Source of the DNA: Laetmonice hystrix
Taxonomy: Eukaryota
Reading direction: 5' to 3'
Length of the DNA: 64,000 bases
Assembly: GCA_965235115.1 (NCBI GenBank)
Contig: OZ249436.1
Span: 55,306,001-55,370,000, forward strand
The notes beneath the pieces are model-generated. The model saw only the letters and a list, made by a program, of their open reading frames with translations. It did no database searches and had not been told where the DNA came from. The translations under genes and the position numbers were made by a program. Positions 38,001 to 48,900 of the stretch are shown here, one piece after another (within the stretch, counting starts at the first letter, position 1; every line of letters starts with the position of its first letter).

Positions 38001-41000
38001 AACGAGATAAATAGCTAGCCTATAGAGTATAGAGTATAGATTTATCTCGTTGGCACAGAATATCTTATAGCCTGTGGTAGCAGGCAGGGATATGGTACGC
38101 GGCTGTGCTGTTTTATAATGGATGCTCATCACAAGCCAAAAAGCGTGTGTGGGCGTCGATCAGCACGGGTTCCGACTCCGGACTCACCGGTGACAGTTGA
38201 CATGGTTGATCACCCAGACAATCTCCGTCTCCTAGTGGGGATTCCGCAATCCCAATAGATACACAGTTTCTTAAAATGTGTAAACGTTTAAATACTATTT
38301 CCCCTCCCCCCACGAACAATTTTGAAATTTATAGTGTAATTTGGTGCATCTTAGAGCACAAAATAAGGTCTGAAATGTGAGAAAAAACCCTCCTTCTCCA
38401 TAGACTTCCATAGACTTCCAATGGCAAAAGTAAAGGGGAGGGAAAAAGTGGGGGGACAAAAGATACTCTGGCCCCCCTCATTTCAAAGTGGGGGGCCATG
38501 CCCCCCCCTTTTCCTACGCCCCTTAGCCCCGTGCCCCGAAGGGGCGCGTTTGCAGGAGGATAGGTGCGGGTGCATTTGAGAGTTGTCGCGGGTGCATTTT
38601 TTAAATATTTTTTTTATTCTACATATTTAAACAGGATATCTCACTCGGCTTATTTTGAGCACATTTTGATGAATTATCGCCGTAACAGTCTGGGGGTGGT
38701 GATTGGAGGGTCTGGGGATGCTGATTGCAGGGATGGTGATTGCAGGGTCTGTGGATGCTGATTGCTGGGCCTGGGGTTGCAGGGATGGTGATTGCAGGGT
38801 CTGTGGATGCTGCTTTTTGCTGGGCCTGGGGATGGTGATTGCAGGGATGCTGATTGCAGGGCCTGGGTCTGAGCGGGATCGTGCTGGCGTGTGAACTCTT
38901 CCCGGCGGCGGACCGAGCAGTCGCCGGGGTGGCCCTCCAGTTTTTCTGGTCCCTCGCCTGGTTCCTCCTGACGCTCATGGCCTACTTCTTACGACACTGG
39001 CGCCATCTACAAGTGGCACTCACTATTCCTCCAATTCTGACCATCACGTATGTTTGGTGAGTACGATCTAAAACTTATTTCTTTCCGGTTGAGGAGGAAT
39101 TATAGGTTTAGAGAGTAGGCCTTCGTATGACCCGTTTACCATTATGGTGCCATAACTTTATTAATATCGGCCGACTACCGGTAGCCCTATACTAGGCCGG
39201 TACTTATATCAGAGCTAGTACCACCATCTCTGCTTACTTCATTACAATAATGATATCCAGGTTGATAACTGAAAGCATCCCTTGGCTCATGGCAAAGGGA
39301 AACAATAAAAAGGCGGAGGAAATTCTCAATATGGCCATAAAAATGGATGGCCTTGTTACGGCTGGGCCCTCTCCGAGCGGAAGTGGACCTGAGCGGGGAG
39401 GACAACAAATCCCTCTGGCTGAGATAGCGAGGGAAGCGACACCCAGCGGAGTTGGACGGAACCTCCTGAATAAGGGCCCTGGACAAAACTACACCCTGCG
39501 CGACATCTGTCGGTCAAAACGAATGGCAGTCTACGCCGGAGTTATGTGTCTATTGTGGTGAGTCGATCCATAACGGTAACCCCACCTTAATTTCTTCCTC
39601 TTTTAATAAATTCCTCACTTATCCCTTTTCAATCTTCTTCTTTTTCGTTATCTCGCTCTTTTAGACCCCAATCTCTTTCCGTAATTGCTCAAATCATACA
39701 CCTATAATGTAGGTCTACATTGGTATAGGTACTAAGCCTACATTTCCCCATTCATTGTATATATTCAATACCACATACGTTGCTTGTTGTGTTTTAATGC
39801 CAACAGGTTTATCAATATAGTAGTGTACTACGGCCTGTCCCTGAGCACCTCCCTGTTGGCGGGAGATCGGTACTTGAACTTCTTCCTCAGTGGGCTAGTC
39901 GAGGTACCAGCATATGCAGTCACCATCGTCGCTCTACAGAAGTAGGCATTCACATTACTTACAGATTTAATTTATTCACCAATTAAACCTATTTTATCTC
40001 AAATAAGTAATAAAATAAAATTAGGTTCTTTATTATAAAACGCATGGCTGTGGTAATGATAGGCCTACTGATCCTAGCAGGGAAGGTAAATTCGAGTGTG
40101 GATGGTCAATGAGGCAGCAGCAGGTGGGAATCTGGAGACCTGAAACAGACCATGACTTGCGAAAAAAGGACCTCAGAGACCGTTTTTCAAGAAGAGCTGA
40201 CCCCTGGAAATCTGTTTTATTACGAAGGGAAAAGCCATGAAATAAAGCCGCTTTATGTTGGTAGGTTTGGTCGCCGGTGGCCGTTGTTTGCGTTTCATCT
40301 CATAGCAGGCCTTGGACTTCTGGTGGTGGTGATAAGCCGGTATACGGGTAGGCAAACAACATTATACAAATCCTAGTATCATTTCTAAATTACATCGATG
40401 TCATCTTGGTGCACTGCAGAGTCAGACGTGATTGTAATCTTTATAGTGAAATTTTGGGGAGAGGGGGATAACACCCATTGTACGCCATTTGAAAACTGAA
40501 AAATGTCCATCTGTAATTGATCAGTCAAGCGGCCCACGTAGCACCTCTCCCCTTTGCGCAAATCACGGGGTGATGAATACATGCTCACCAGGGGCTTCAT
40601 GAATTTGTTTTAAAGGACTTCCCTACATCACTGACCCGTTATTCTGTTAACTGTGGTCACAAGTAGACTCTAATGACCTAATCTCACCCTTGGTCATCCT
40701 ACAATGTAAAAAAGCAGACATGTTCTTATGTACGCTTTTGGGAGGGGGGGGGGGTCATCAAAAAGAGTACTCTTTGTACGCTTGTGAAAATGTTGAAAAT
40801 GTTGAACCACCCCTTATTGCCCTCGATTTGATTGTTGACTGCAGCCTCAGAGAGTGTTTCGGGACATCTGGAGACCATTTTTTCCATGGTTGGGAAGTTT
40901 GGTATCACGGCGTCTCTGGCTGTTCTCGTTCTATACGCGAACGAAATCTACCCAACCACATTGCGTAACACGGGCTTCGGTCTGGCCTCAACCTCTGGCA

Positions 41001-41468
41001 GGCTGGGGGGAATACTGGCTCCTTTCTCCTTGTATATTGTAAGCTCTTCCTTGTGGGGTTATTATAATTATAAATCACCCATGCGCATTACTTAAAAAGG
41101 GTCCATAGGGTTACGTCCCTAGCTCTCATTTTGGGTTTAATCTGAAACGTGAATAAGGCTTACTTTTTCAATTTAACCCATTTCACAGAAAGAAAAAGCC
41201 CCGACATCACAATGCCATCTTACGATTGTCGATTGTACAGTATTAACAAATCGAAGCGGTGGATTTTATTGTAAGGTCTTCTTTTCCTGTGTCTGTGTAG
41301 GCCAAGCAGCATCCCTGGTTGCCCGGGGTAGTATTCGCCGTCTTAGCCATGGGGGCGGCCCTCGTCGGACTGGTTCTGCCCGAGACAAAGGACCGACCTC
41401 TGCCACAGACAATGGAGGACGTTGAAACGTGGCAATCTATTTGTTTTAAAAAACGCACTTCTCAGTGA
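23656..41468 (+). CDS. SLC22-family organic cation transporter (Orct-like); coding exons 23656-23794, 24389-24597, 25152-25382, 38860-39056, 39261-39557, 39807-39941, 40265-40347, 40845-41038, 41301-41468; 550 aa
   Basis: All introns are GT-AG with matching phases, giving a 1653-nt CDS. SLC22 signatures are present: FGKW, YHCQ, CTDGWSY..TIVTDWDLVCD, ADHVGRK, ELFP, WRHLQ, ESIPWL, YYGLS, YLNFFLSGLVEVPA, FGRRW, EIYPTTLR, GRLGGILAPF and LPETKDRPLPQT. Confidence 0.92.
25338..25927. repeat. Exact 294-bp tandem duplication spanning the SLC22 exon 3 / intron 3 junction
   Basis: 25338-25631 is repeated from 25632. The donor GAG|GTACTT occurs at both 25383 and 25677. Confidence 0.92.
26013..26052. repeat. 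(CT)n microsatellite
   Basis: Read directly. Confidence 0.9.
26737..27140. repeat. Minisatellite, 73-75-bp unit, about 4-5 copies
   Basis: Units start at 26737, 26810, 26885 and 26958 (gaacccctgtcctcagact...ctctgtata). Confidence 0.9.
27141..27362. repeat. Minisatellite, 29-bp unit, about 7 copies
   Basis: cacctgattctctatggaattcccaacat in tandem. Confidence 0.92.
28161..28319. mobile_element. Short PIF/Harbinger-like MITE
   Basis: Perfect 16-bp TIR AGGCCGGTTTATAGTC with a TAA TSD on both sides. Confidence 0.85.
28723..30307. mobile_element. TGT...ACA-terminated MITE (Ginger-like) whose right TIR is split by a younger insertion
   Basis: Left TIR TGTTACGGCATATATTGTCGCCGTGCAT. The right TIR is split into ...ATGCACGGCGACAATAATATATG (ends 29153) and CCGTAACA (30300-30307). 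Confidence 0.75.
29154..30299. mobile_element. CACTG-terminated non-autonomous DNA transposon nested in the previous element
   Basis: TIR CACTGAAAAC / GTTTTCAGTG with subterminal ttgtca/cgtca repeats inverted at the two ends, and an internal ~130-bp tandem duplication (29167 vs 29298). Confidence 0.7.
30793..32115. mobile_element. MITE with TAC termini and heptamer subterminal arrays (IS3EU-like), carrying a probable secondary insertion at ~31555-32055
   Basis: TIR TACGAAAGCCCAGAAGGCTCAT at both ends, with (CGAAATG/C)n and (TTCGGAT)n arrays. Flanks ATAGTA/CTAGTA are a possible 6-bp TSD with 1 mismatch. Confidence 0.75.
32827..33278. repeat. Near-perfect 35-bp tandem repeat, about 13 copies
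   Basis: acctgtcgttcagctggtgtgaacggtcacatagg, head to tail with no spacers. Confidence 0.95.
34670..34675 (+). promoter_or_regulatory. Candidate TATA box of the nested gene
   Basis: TATAAA after a GC-rich run (gcgcgcgcaTATAAAgcc), 61 nt upstream of the ATG at 34731. Confidence 0.55.
34731..37618 (+). CDS. Nested two-exon gene (coding exons 34731-34744 and 36715-37618) encoding an uncharacterised secreted protein of 305 aa
   Basis: ATGGAATTCATAAG|gtaacg (phase 2) joins tttttcatctcttcgtgttgcag|TCTGAAG (phase 2) to give MEFISLKIYLPLVILAAGLTIPIVSA-, a signal-peptide-like start. Exon 2 is 904 nt of stop-free complex sequence, and AATAAA follows at 37622. Exon 2 is well supported; exon 1 is inferred. 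Confidence 0.8.
34803..36670 (-). mobile_element. Decayed, internally deleted Academ-like DNA transposon
   Basis: Termini TAGTC...GACTA are flanked by a 3-bp TSD GTT (34800-34802, 36671-36673), and an inverted motif TTTCGTTGGAATTTT..GAGATTA lies near both ends. Frameshifted minus-strand transposase remnants include FFAADNTAFAEDTTDGKGATHGT and ISFDTALYEK...VPRLGELHVVMAALRA. The superfamily call is from memory of termini, TSD and motifs. Confidence 0.75.
37622..37627 (+). terminator. Polyadenylation signal AATAAA of the nested gene
   Basis: Canonical hexamer 4 nt after the stop codon, with T/G-rich sequence downstream. Confidence 0.55.
38689..38870. repeat. G-rich tandem repeat built from the SLC22 exon-4 splice acceptor
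   Basis: TTGCAG|GG recurs with its AG ending at 38730, 38745, 38782, 38797, 38844 and 38859. Confidence 0.8.
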
Positions 41469-44400
41469 ACGCACGTGGTAGGCCTAACTGGTGAATAGGG
41501 TGTTGGTGCCGTTCACCCTAAAGAACTAAATAAACGGATTATCCTTACGGTCTATATCCTTTATGGATCAACGGCCCAGTGGATGGATAGAAGAAGTAAA
41601 CCAACGTATATGTCCTTTACAGGATATTTCTTTAGTGTGTTAAGATAATAAAAAAAAGTAGCCGTTTTCAATAACGGTAGACTCTATGGCGCTCATGTTT
41701 TCAGAATTAGTTTTTTCAATCGTTGGTGCATCAATTGCCAATAGATAATAGGCCTATTCTTATCTCTATATATATATGGGCTCATAGCCTAGGCCTACCT
41801 CTAGAAATGGGTAGGTCTATACCTGGTAGGCCTATATAATGTCTTCCATAGATTTCTCCTCGATTGGAATGCCTATCGGTGTTAATGATCTACAAAGTTA
41901 AAACGGAGGCTCGAGTACTGAAACACGTCGACTCGCTGAACCGGAAGTAAATAAACGCGCGCAAAATCCAGCGGGAGATGACGACCCGATGAAGTAGGCC
42001 TATGCTAACTTACTGGGGAATTAATTCCAATGAGCTGAGAGTACCCCCAGGCCAGTAGCCGTGGGAGGGGGGGGGGGGGCAAGGGGGCCCGTGCCTGACC
42101 CAAAATCTGGCACGGTCCAAAAGGTCCAACTTTTCTAAAGACTTAGATAGACTGGATCGACATTTGGTCCTGAATATTAGGCTATCTTGGACAAGATGCC
42201 AGCCAGTAGGGCCTATATATTGGCCTATTTAGGCCTGATCGAGGAGGCTATCAGTTATCCATGCAGTTTTGGTTTAGTCCTCTAAACCTTTGTAAAAATA
42301 GGTCCAGAATTTGAAAATGTGCCCAAGCCAACATTATTTGCGGCTGGCTAAAATAAGGTCCAAAATATTTAGGCTATTTGGAAATGTGGACTGGTCAGTC
42401 CACCAACATTAATAATTAGGCCCTAGCCTAGGCTAATTAGGCCTAGGCCTGTGGGATGGTTAGGCCTAGGCCGCTAACTGCGCTCAATCCCGCCCCCCCT
42501 TCGCCCCCCCCCCCCCCCCCCCCCGCCCCCGATAATCTGTCACGCCCAGTCCGCATTGATCCGATTTGAACACTGAACTAGGCCTACCCTTTCTAACTCT
42601 AATTGTAATCCTAAATCTATCATTACCCGTAGGCCTCCGTGAAACCCCGCTGGCCAAAACCTAATCCTGTCTTATGTGGCGACATCTGGTGTTTTCCATC
42701 TGAACAACTCGCAATCCCGCGCACCTTTCGCAGCAACCATCGACCAATCAGCGTCTCTCTTTCAGTGTACCCTTGCAACCAGTCCGAAGTCTCCGAGTCG
42801 GAGTTCATGCCGAGACTGGCGAGAGCACTTGGCACGGATATTATGTAGACTTGTACGTAGGGTAAAGTTTATGAAAGGTCAAGAATATAAAAGACTGAAA
42901 ACAAACGGACTCGGGGATTAGGAGGGCAACAAATCGGTCAATAGCTGAAAAGGGTGCACAGTGTTTCTGCTGCGTGTTGCTGGCGAATGGATACATCACA
43001 CTTCACACTCACACTGTCACAGCACAGCCACACAGGCAACCGCAGTCGGATATTCTCACCGAGGGGGCGGAGTGGCAGGCAATGCCACAGGCACAGCCAA
43101 AGGCACAGGTACTGAGGTAGGCTAATTTTGCCCTGCTGTGGCATGTCGAAGGCTTTGTTTCCTAACGTCTAACGTCAACTGCTGTGGTGTAGGAAAGCCG
43201 AAGTGTCGGCAAGGCTTAATTACTACGTAGGCCTACCACTGTACCAGTACCGTGGGGGATCGGGGGGGGGGGGGGGGGGGGACAGATTTCCAAAATCTTG
43301 CCTATTTTCTATGTTTCATTTTTAAAAATAATGGAATTTCGTTAAAGAATTTGGAATTAATTTCTACTCTATATCTATTACATGTTCAGAAAACATGTTT
43401 TTCTGGGCCCTCAGACCCCCCGGAAATGGGCCACTCATTATCTAACAAAATTTGGGCCCCCCCTTTTCTGAAATCCTGGATACGCCACTGTGTAAGTACT
43501 AGCATGGTCATGTGTTAGCAGAGGCAGCCTGAGGCTGAGGGGCAGCCCCCCCCCCCCCCCCATAAATTTGGGACAAAATTGATTTCCTGTAATCATTTCA
43601 GTTAGGCCTAATTTGTTCTTTTCTTTTAATTATTTTCAATTTATTTTAGTACTTCACAGGTCTCGGCTTCAGGGTAACGCCCCCCCCCCCCCCCCCAACG
43701 GATGTGCACTTCCATGGCTTAAGTCTTTGCCAAATATAGCCTATTATTATAGGCTAACCCCTTTCCGACTTCATCCCAGCAGTAGGCCCCCCCCCCCCCC
43801 CCCCCAAGCGAAAATCCTGGATCTGCCTCTGTGTACTTGTGTATAGATTCACCAAGACAAGACCACCCCACTCTAGATCTAGATCACCTGTGCATACAAA
43901 AGGCAGCTCTAAGCTACTTTGCCCCGCTATTTGACCAGCAGAAGTTTGGTCATGTGACCAAGAATAATGAATTCTATTGGATTATTATAATATCTGCTGG
44001 TCAAATAGTGAGGTTTGATAAGCAGGGTGATAAGACGGTACTAAGACCTCTGAAAAAATGTACGTCTCTTTGCATTTAGTTTGGGCTGAAAATTACAGAT
44101 GCTAACCCTGTTGGCGTTGCTACCCCTAACCTTCACTGAATTTCATAGCTAGCCTAGTTAGTCAAACTCATACTCCCTAAGCTGCGGTTAAACAGACACT
44201 CCCCCCAAACCCCACACCCACCACCCCACCCACCCACTACCCCACCCACTAACCCACCCACCCACCACCCCACTCACCATGGCTCGGTCACTCCACTCGC
44301 TTCGCAAACTCTTAAGGATTTCACACTCGAATTCAGGTTGGCAACACTGTACCGTAAGTAATATCTGCCTAATATAGGTGAAACCCTCCAAGAAACCCCA

Positions 44401-44503
44401 GCCCAGAGAAAGTGGTACACCCCTCGGGAAGGGTTATCTCGCACCACACCCTCAGGGAGCCACCAAAGAAGAGGCTCTCATCCCTATCTAATTAGTACCA
44501 GTT

Positions 44504-44783
44504 CCCAGATAGCACACAGGCTGTCACAGCCGATGGCCCACTGTTGGGCCACCCATCAAATCAGCGGCAGCCATTGGTGGCCCACTGTTGACCAGCTGGT
44601 AGCCATTGGCCCACCGGTGTAGATCTAGCCACCGATGGGCCAACGTTGGCCCCCTGAAGACAAGATAGCACACAGCCGATGGCCCACTGTTGGGCCACTC
44701 AATGACTCATCAAAGCACCAGTGGCCTGCTGTCGGCATTATAGCGGCTGCCGACAGTGGGCCATCGGCTGTGTGCTATCTGGG
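44504..44783. mobile_element. MITE with CCC termini (CMC/EnSpm-like)
   Basis: Perfect 16-bp TIR CCCAGATAGCACACAG with internal ggcccac/gtgggcc repeats. The TSD is not clear. Confidence 0.75.
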
Positions 44784-45993
44784 TGTAACTGTTATGCTGT
44801 ACTGGTACAATTAGTTAATAATAAGTTAACATCTATAGGAGTGAATGGTGGCCGTAATCAGCAGCCTTCCATTCAAAATGCTAATGATGTAACGATACCA
44901 GCCTTAAGTAGTAAGATGGGCCCCAGTAGGCCTACATACTGTAAGTTACAGTACTTAGTGGGTCCCTGTTAGTGTTAGACTGGTTGTAGTGAGTGAGCTC
45001 AATAATTTCAATTTGTATTGGAGTATTTCCTGACCCAGCAGAGTATACATTTTCTAAATTGGATGATGTGTTAAAAAGATGATTATATTTTAAAGCAGTG
45101 AAACTGAAAGGGCAAACTCAAAACATGATGAGCTGAACCCTGCTGACCCACCTACTAGAATATCGTCAACTAAAAATGACATGAATTTATAAGTGAGGAG
45201 CTGCTGTTCTACCAAATGCTTGGTACCATACTGCACTGGTTAGTTTTCCTAAAGCATTTTTAAAAATAATGGTTTGGAAACACTCTCAATGATCTTTGGC
45301 AAACTTGGCTCCTTGTAAATCCAATGGCCACCCATTGATAGTTGTTATGTGCTTGGTACACATAGATCTGCTTCACTAATGTGTAACGTATAGGCCTGTA
45401 CTCAGGTAGGTCCTATGCGCTGTCAACTGACAAAAGCTGTGAAAACATCACTAAACACACTTCACTAATCACTCTGTGCCATAACTGGCCTGTGATTGGT
45501 TAGGTGTGAAAAACATTGGTTTAAACTCAATCAGGAAGAAACAGGTGTAAATTGCTGTCTGGGGAGGCCCTGTTAATTCAGCCCACAACATATGGCTGAA
45601 AGAGCGCAGTCAGAATGACCAGTGTGTGTAGCTGAGAGTAAGGCATGCACAGCACCCTGATCCATGAACAGACTCTCAGTAACTCTTGGATTAATTCATT
45701 GAAGGTTTGGATGTTTCTCTGTTTAATTTATACTAGGAAGCTATACCGTACTAGGAAGCTTTCCGTCAAAGATTTCACATTTTAAAACTTTATTCTCAGA
45801 TCAATAATCTTTTCCCTTACAGGTGTGCTTATGAGTAGGGATGGCACATAATTTACGCAGTATTCTGAGGTAGGGGACGATTCTTGGAGCTAACTAAGGA
45901 CACCTCATACCTTCAGGAGCTGTGATTGAGTACAACAACCGACTCCAGCAGAGAGAAAAACAGGTCTACAATTCTGAAGGACAGATCTATGAC

Positions 45994-48900
45994 ATGGATT
46001 CAGATGCGGAGGTGACCAGCTTCAGGACCGTCAGTTACCATGCCAACACTCAGGTTACTGATGACAGCAGCAGTGGCAGCAGCTCAGACGCAGACAGTGA
46101 GGATGAAGCTGGACCAACCCAGGTGTCAGAAAATGACACCAGTGAGAAAAAACTCACTTTGGTTGATGATGAGGACTCAGGGCTTGTTCTGAATATCCCA
46201 GCTGAAAATGATGGTAAGTTACATAATTTACTAATTTTTCAAAATTATGTGAATTTTCCGTCTACAGCCCCCCCCCCCCCCCCCGTCTCACAGAAGCAGT
46301 GTAGGCTACCTGGTTACAGTCCTGAAAAATTCTGGGAAATATTACTATTATTGCCCTTCTCAACACTTGTATTCTCTTTTTTTGGCTACAATGGTACGGT
46401 ACTTAAGTTATTGGTAGGCCTACCCATTTCTAGAATGTTAAAAGGTGTTTGTACCATTCATGGAGAAGGGAGGACCTGTACACATTAGAGAAACTAGGAA
46501 ATAGCTCCAATGAATTAGAAAAACTTCAAAAAGGGCTTTTCTCTTGGTATCATAAACTTAGGATTTATAGTGTGACTAGCATAGGGAAGTAAATGATTGT
46601 GTGGCCCTGCTTATTTTGTTGCTGTATAGTGTATGGAACATACAGGATCATACAGGATTTAATTTGCACCTTGCACCCAGTAATTGCAATACCTACAATA
46701 ACGAGAATACTGTGGCTGGATTTCTTTATTAGTTTTTATGGTTTACTTCAATTTGCAAAGGTTGCATTAATTTTTTGTTCATTCAATAGAAAGAATGATG
46801 AGCAAAAAAGAGAATGCTGCAAATTACAGTAAGTCAAAAAAGTGAACTTGTGGTGCCTTGGTGATCATGAGGTTTGTACGCAGGTTGGTGGCGAGGTTGG
46901 CAGTGAGATTTGTGGTGAGGTTGGTGGCCAGGTTGGCAGCAAGCTTTGTTGTGGCTTTGTTGTGAGGTTGGCAGTGAGATTTGTGGTGAGGTTGGTGGCC
47001 AGGTTGGCGGCAAGCTTTGTTGTGAGGTTGGCAGAGAGATTTGTGGTGAGGTTGGTGGCCAGGTTGGCGGCAAGCTTTGTTGTGAGGTTGGCAGTGAGAT
47101 TTGTGGTGAGGTTGGTGGCCAGGTTGGCGGCAAGCTTTGTTGTGAGGTTGGCAGTGAGATTTGTGGTGAGGTTGGTGGCCAGGTTGGCGGCAAGCTTTGT
47201 TGTGAGGTTGGCAGTGAGATTTGTGGTGAGGTTGGTGGCCAGGTTGGCAGGAAGCTAAATGTTGTGAGGTTAGTATTGAGATTTGTGGTGAGGTTGGTGG
47301 CCAGGTTGGCGGCAAGCTTTGACTTTGTTGTGAGGTTGGCAGTGAGGTTTGTGGCTAGGGTGCCTAGAAGGTGTCTTGTGACAGACATGCACACAAAAAG
47401 CCAAGTTCTACAGCACTGCTGGTCATGGAGGCTTTAAACTTTCACTGGTTTGCTGGCGGAGTGCCAAGTGGTGGGGTTTAACCGGCAGGGAAGCGGGCTG
47501 ATGTCGTGAATTTTTAATGAGAGCTTATCCATCGGATCAGGCAATCAATGGAGAATTTTCAAGGTTGAGTAGTGGGTGTGAATCACATGGGACAGGTCGT
47601 ATGAAATGCCTTGAATTGCTCAGATTTCTGATTATTTGTACTTGATAGGTTAGAGAGAGAAAAAAGACCAACTGGTGTTTGTTTTATAGTTTTTCTCCAC
47701 TGTTTTTAAACACTGTGCATTTTGCTTTGCGTTCATGAGCACAATATTACTGCTCATCTGCCTGAGCTGAAGAGTGGTGAGGATCTGTTGTTATTAAAAA
47801 ATCTTCAATTAACAAACTTTAGGATAGTATTATGAATGATCACCATGTATCATATGTTAGAGAAATGTGAAGGATATTTTAAAGGTCCTTCACAAAATGA
47901 TGTGTATGTTACCAAGAACTTTGATCACCTTGGAACCATCTGGATCTTCCAAGTGGTAAATTTTACTAACGCATGTGACTCCATGCACCTTACACCTATC
48001 TGTCATGATTAAGAACTGGTTTTCATAAGAAAAGTTGACATTTCAAAATAATGAAAATTGAGTGACGTTATTTTCCTGCAGATGATGCTGGTGAGGGATG
48101 CTTCGAGACAGAAGGTGAGGGGGCTGAGAGTGGCATCGACACCATGTCCGATAAAAAATCTACTGTGCCTTCAGAGGAAGACAGTGAAAAGCCCAAAAAG
48201 AAAAAGAAGAAAAAGAAAAAGTAAGCCTTATATTCTTGTATCCAGGTGGCCCTTCCAAATGCAGCATGGATGTTACTCTTTTGGTACATGTGCATAGCAT
48301 GCTTTCTGTGGGGCATTACCTTCAGGCAAGGGAGTCTATAACATTTGATGAGGAAATACTCTGCACTGCAGTCTTGTTATTCATCAGGGAAAGTCTCCAC
48401 TCTTGCTAACTTCAGTTTGAAGAACGTTTTTAAAAATAAAACTTGAACTTGAAGAGATCCGCTGGGGATAATAAATGTAGATGTATGGAACCATACTGAA
48501 ATAGTGTGGTTCAAAGACTTTCTTTTAAAACCGGAATAAAAGAATTTTGCTTCAATTGATGAGAGAGCACACAAAAAATCCTGTGCTTATGCGTGGTGGG
48601 GGGGGGGGGGAGGGGGCTACTCTTTAGATTTTTTTTAGGTCTGTATTCCAGCATTTTGTGCAAGGAATATAATTTCACAATGTTCAGCTTGATCGACGTT
48701 GTAATTTATGGAAGATATTGATTTAAGCCTTAGTGTGACTCATCCATGAATAGTCACACACCTATAGAAAACAAAATACTAGAATACAGGTAGGAAATGG
48801 TTGGGCTCTAGCTCTTGGTTTGAATGCCTTAAAGGGGCACAGTATTTCGACTGACTTTGCGTTTTTCTTATATTCGAATGATAGCATGATAAAGACGTGT

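Noticed and set aside
41930..43110. TTLL promoter and non-coding first exon (CCGGAAGT motif, CpG-rich sequence, possible donors near 42862 and 43109)
   Set aside because: Plausible, but the boundaries cannot be fixed from sequence alone.
46824..47437. Repetitive proteins ([11 protein letters not shown]..., [14 protein letters not shown]...) in four overlapping ORFs
   Set aside because: They are an artefact of a 60-bp minisatellite open in several frames on both strands, with no splice or start support.
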